Below, in pieces: positions 59,641 through 64,000 of a DNA stretch of 64,000 nt. Source of the stretch: an uncultured bacterium (GTDB taxonomy: Bacteria > Patescibacteriota > Gracilibacteria > Absconditabacterales > Absconditicoccaceae); assembly GCA_947169045.1 (NCBI GenBank), contig CAMVOC010000002.1:17762-81761 (forward strand), given 5' to 3'. The number at the start of each line of letters is the position of its first letter. The stretch's first letter is position 1. A program made the translations under genes and the position numbers. The notes under the pieces were generated by a model that was not told the DNA's origin, did no database searches, and saw only the letters and a program-made list of their open reading frames with translations.

Positions 59641-59668
59641 TTGACAAGCACAAGAGAAAAAATATATT
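59641..59668 (+). promoter_or_regulatory. Putative sigma-70 promoter, probably producing a leaderless transcript
   Basis: TTGACA (59641-59646), 16 nt spacer, TATATT (59663-59668). The ATG of the next gene lies at 59675. Confidence 0.55.
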
Positions 59669-59674
59669 TTTACT

Positions 59675-60502
59675 ATGAAAAAATTTCTCTATGTTAGCAT
59701 CCTGCTTTTTCTTTCTGCTTGTTTAGGAATTTGAGACAAAAAAGACACTCCCATTATTTCCTCAGAACAACCAGTCATAAACGCAGAAAGTAAAGCAAGC
59801 ACCAAATGAAAACAAAACTTTGCCATTATTCCACATTTTATGCTTAATGCTGCAAAAGTAGACGAATTCTATCAATTACTCAAATCTACACGATATCCAG
59901 ACTGATCTCCTGAGACAATCATCGTCATTTCCCCAAACCACTTTAATACAAAGTCAAAAAAGCCTCAAACCATCTGCAAAAAATCAGAAATAACATTCCA
60001 CAACAACACCTATACACTTTCTCCCTTCCCAGAAACAGATTGCTCTGAAAACATTTTCTATTCCTTCGGAAACCTCATAACCACTCAAGAACATGGGATA
60101 GGAGAGCAACTTCAACGAATCCATAAATATTTCCCAAATGCCAATATCATTCCACTTATTCTCCCAACGCATCTACAGCCAGACACTCAAACAAACAACT
60201 TTTTCTCCAGCGAATCCACCCTCATAATCGCTTCAATCGATTTTTCGCATTATCAACCAGAATCCACCGCCCTAACGAATGATCAAAACACAATCAAGCT
60301 CCTCACCAGTCAACATTGAACCCGAAATGAATTCAGATCTCTCGATGTAGATTGTCCTGCCTGTCTCTACCTCATCGATCAACTCGCCCAAAAAGCGAAT
60401 CTTTTACCAAATATTCGACGAAGAGACAGTTCTTCTACGATTCTTTGAAAGGATATGCAAGAAGAGAATACCTCTAGAGTATTCATATGGTATCAATTAT
60501 AA
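59675..60502 (+). CDS. Memo-like (AmmeMemoRadiSam system protein B family) lipoprotein
   Basis: Lipobox LLFLSAC. IIPHFM, ISPNH, QEHGIGEQL, ASIDFSHY. Five in-frame TGA (all codons checked). No track ORF exists on this strand. Confidence 0.7.
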
Positions 60503-60579
60503 TGCTCATTCCTGAATTTTTCCTTGAAAACTACCAAACAATCAATAATAAATTAGTAATTTATAACTCATAAATAACC

Positions 60580-61383
60580 ATGCCTACAGAACTTTCAGAA
60601 CAACAAACTCCTTCCTTCGAACAATTTGCCAACCGCGACGAAAGCGGGAATATCTTCCGATGGGCTTCAGATTTTTTGCTGATGCTCTGATATTCAGAAT
60701 TAAAAGAACAAAAAAAGCTGATCGACAAAACGATAAAAGCACTCCTCAACCTAGAGATAGACCTCTACGATAACCTCCAAAAAACAGAAAGCGGAGGCAG
60801 AATAGACTACAAAATGTCACGTTATGCCTGCTATCTCATGGCAATGAATGGGAACCCCAACATTCGCCAAGTAGCACTTGCACAAGATTATTTCGCACAG
60901 CAAACCAGAAAAACAGAATTACTCTCACAAGATCCAGATCGTCTCGCCATCAGAAACGAGATTTCCGAAGGAAACAAAACTCTCTCTAAAACAGTCGCTC
61001 GCCACGGAGTTTTTGATTATGGAAGATTTAATGTCGCAGGATACGAAGGAATGTACAATATGACAAACCAAGACCTAGCCGAACGCAGAAATATCAATAA
61101 AGAAAAGCTATTGGAATATATGGGACGTACCGAGCTTGCAGCCAATCTCTTCCGTATCACACAAACTGAAGAAAGAATTAAAAACCAAAACTTACATGGA
61201 CAAGCGCAACTTGAAGATGCACATCGCCAAGTAGGGAAAGAAGTGAGAGCTTTCGTGCAAATCAATACAGGAGACACTCCAGAAAATTTAAAAATTGAAA
61301 TGCCTCTCAACGAGATGAAAAGAGAGTTAAAAGACGCAAGGAAGGCACTAACAGATAACGAAGCTCCCACTGATTCGATTTAA
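60580..61383 (+). CDS. dinD: DNA damage-inducible protein D
   Basis: ATG at 60580. The N-terminus joins track ORF 60814..61383 across TGA. SRYACYLMAMNGNPNIRQVALAQDYFAQQTRKTELL closely matches the DinD core. Confidence 0.85.
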
Positions 61384-61507
61384 TCTTGATTTTCTGCAAA
61401 ACATCGATACAGTAATCTCAACCTACACAACGCAACAATCATTGCAAGGAAGCCTCAATCAAAACAACGTATTTTTTTGAGTTTTTACATGTTTCTCAGC
61501 ATCTTTG

Positions 61508-62719
61508 ATGAAAAAAATCAGACTTTTCCTAACTTTTTCTTTTTTTCTGGCTTCATGCATCCTTTTATCTGCATGTCAAAAGACCGAACTTACGGCTGAA
61601 GAACTGCAAAAATCTTTCCATCAAGCAAACCAATCACGACTAGAAAATATAACAAAAACCCTTACTCCATTCTCTACCGAACAAACTCCTACACTTCATT
61701 CCGTTTCCCAGACAATTTTTTCTTTTCCAGAAAGTTCACTCAAAGGAGGTGGAATACTCAATATCCAAAAAATCATTAGCAATCAGAAAGAAAAAGCTGA
61801 CATCACACTAGACGTAGATCGACAAAGTACTGACAAAAAAATAAACAAAGAAGAAAAGTCACTCTCTCTCGCAATAGAAACGCTTTCTGCAAACCAAAAC
61901 ATGTATGGTCAAATTCACGACTTTGACATTTTCCTTTGAGAAGGGAATTATCAAGCTATGACACTGAATCTTGTCCTTAAACAAATCAAAGACAAACGAA
62001 TCGATCTCTCTTCCAACCAAAGCATAGAGATCTCCATTTTCAATACCCCAAGATATGATGAAATTGCACAAATCATCACTTCACTCTTTTTCACGGATTT
62101 CTCTCCGCAGCGAAAGAAAACCAAAAACGATACCTACCGTTGAGAAATTCTCGAGCTCCCTACAACCTACACACTTCAAATGCAAGAAATTATGCGCCTG
62201 TTAGCACCTTTCGGCATCTATATTGACCAGTCAGAATTTGTTTGGGCTCCAGAGATGGACAATGAAATCTTACTTTCCCCAAAAGGAAAAGAAATCAGAC
62301 TAACATTCAAAAGTTACAATCAATTCATTCCTGTCACATTACTGCTCACAAAAGAGCAATTAGAAATACACATCAGTGTTGTCTCTTCTGAAGACGAAAC
62401 ATACCCAACATTATCCCTAACACTCAGCCCAAAAAATGCAAAGACCTATACCTTTACAGGAGAATTAAGAAAACTACATAATTCTCCAAAAGAACCTCCA
62501 GAACGGACAATTAACGGAAAATTCCAACTCGCAGAAAAAAATGGAATACTCAATACCACCTACAATATCTTAATGCAAATCACTTCGCTGGCTTTAGCAG
62601 ATGATCAAAAATTAAACATTGCCATCCAATGAACAGAGACACTCCAAGCTACTTGAGCAGACAATATCGATCTCAACGAGCCAACAGAAACTATCCCTTT
62701 AGACAATTTATTTAATTAA
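61508..62719 (+). CDS. Hypothetical lipoprotein (403 aa)
   Basis: Lipobox ILLSAC. Track ORFs 61505.., 61958.. and 62180.. share one frame, joined by TGA. TAA at 62717-62719. Confidence 0.75.
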
Positions 62720-62723
62720 ACCA

Positions 62724-64000
62724 ATGACAACAAACTTTTCAGCAAATACTTTAGGAACATCGTCAGAATCAAATACCCAGAATTCTGCACATACCATCCT
62801 AAAAGTCAGCTTTTTTATCCTGGGAGCCATGTTAGTGCTATTTTTTTCTGCAAGTATGGTTTCAGGATTCAAAGAAATCTGGACTTCTCTAAAAGAAAAA
62901 GGCATTGCAATCGTTACAAAAACAGTGGGGACTGAAATGAAAAAAGACGAAAACGGGAATGTTAACGTTCTACTCTTGTGATATGGAGGGAATGGACACG
63001 ATGGAGGGTTCTTGACGGATTCTATCATCATCGCAAGCCGAAACCCTGAAGTTGGAACGGTCTCTATGTTTAGCATTCCAAGAGATCTCCGAGTAAAATA
63101 CACAACAGGAGGATACGGACGTATAAATGCCAGTTTCTATCTGCTCTTAAAACAAAATAACGATGATCGAGAACTCGCAACGAGTTGAGCAAGGGCTGAA
63201 TTCTGAAAAATGCTTGGATTAGATATTCCATATTATGCGACCATTGATTTCACCGCCTTTAAAGGACTAGTTGATGCTGTAGGAGGAATAGATATCGTCG
63301 TACCAGAAACCATTCACGACACAACATATCCAAATGATGCAAACAGATGATACATTACCTTCCATATCGACGCATGAGAACAGCATTTAGACGGTGCAAC
63401 AGCATTAAAATACGCTCGTTCCCGTCATTCAACATCAGACTTTTCTCGCTCTTTAAGACAGCAAATAATTCTTAAAGGAATAAAAGAAAAACTGGTTAAT
63501 TCAGGATTCTCTACTTCGACTGCATTAGAATTATATGATGTATATGCACAATACATAAAAACGAATATTGCTTCTCAAGAACTCCTTTGGGCTAGTCAAT
63601 TTATCAAAAACATTGGAGAATTCTCAAGCTTTGGATTTACTACAAACTGTAGCTTTCAAAACTTTCTCAGAATGGTACCAGCATGCTTTCTGTATTACCC
63701 AAGCAGAGAACTATTTTGAGGAGCAAGTGTAATGCTACCAATGGACGCAACACCAAAAGATATCCAACACTATGAAGATATGCAAAAGTTTACGCAATTC
63801 ATCACGAGCCATCCTCAAATGATCAAAGAAAAAACAAGTATCTCTGTCGTAAGCGCTATCGACAGCCAGCTTGCAAAAGACCACAGAATGGGAAATACAA
63901 AATTTAACGATCAACTAGCCGTAAAACTCAAAAGATATTGATTTAATGTGATAGACAGTATGATTCGAGCTGACCCTATGGAATATTCTACTGTTTCTGT
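62724..64000 (+). CDS. LytR-CpsA-Psr (LCP) family cell-wall polymer ligase (3' end lies outside the window)
   Basis: TM anchor. LLL-G-YGGNGHDGGFLTDSIIIAS, SIPRDL, RINASF, HLDGATALKYARSRH. Track ORFs 62724..62981 and 63732..63941 share one frame. Confidence 0.88.

Noticed and set aside
62708-63103. 131-aa minus-strand track ORF.
   Set aside because: It is antisense to the LCP gene, which has strong LLLG..D, SIPRD and ALKYARSRH motifs.

Overview
This 64 kb window comes from a low-GC, gene-dense bacterium of the Candidate Phyla Radiation (Absconditabacteria/SR1 or Gracilibacteria type) with a recoded genetic code. The supplied standard-code ORF track is therefore badly fragmented. (1) TGA is a sense codon. 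Every apparently broken housekeeping gene re-joins in a single frame across TGA only. TGA falls on invariant glycines, for example PNPase REI-G-HG, the KH motif IGK-GG, Top[10 protein letters not shown], and Dam GGK and FVGGGA. All genes end in TAA or TAG, which fits translation table 25. (2) CGA and CGG repeatedly occupy invariant tryptophan positions: three times in UppS, twice in the sugar transferase, and once each in Dam, PilD, PNPase, FtsH, DinD and LCP. Every invariant arginine I checked uses CGT, CGC, AGA or AGG. This points to a second Arg->Trp reassignment. After retranslating by hand, with every gap between track ORFs checked codon by codon for TAA/TAG, I find 57 intact CDS and one tRNA-Arg(CCU). 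No rRNA, CRISPR array, transposase or integrase is present. Core genes: rpoC (3' part), topA, pnp, map, serS, uppS, trpS, ftsH, atpA (orphan), rpmG, rpsP, obg, nrnA, rpmE and hup. Envelope, competence and pilus genes: pilD; two tandem pilin genes with identical 5' halves; comEC; a protein with four SLH-like domains; a cluster of sugar transferase, pyruvyl transferase and GT2 genes; an LCP ligase; PrsW; DedA; and PAP2. Accessory content: a clearly lower-GC island (about 36.7-40.5 kb) holding a MATE transporter, a structured non-coding leader, and a type II restriction-modification pair (Dam-like methyltransferase plus PD-(D/E)XK nuclease), all written in the same recoded dialect. Also present are a 1388-aa orphan protein and a three-gene operon of large secreted proteins with no recognisable domains. 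Product calls rest on motif recognition from memory. No database searches were run.
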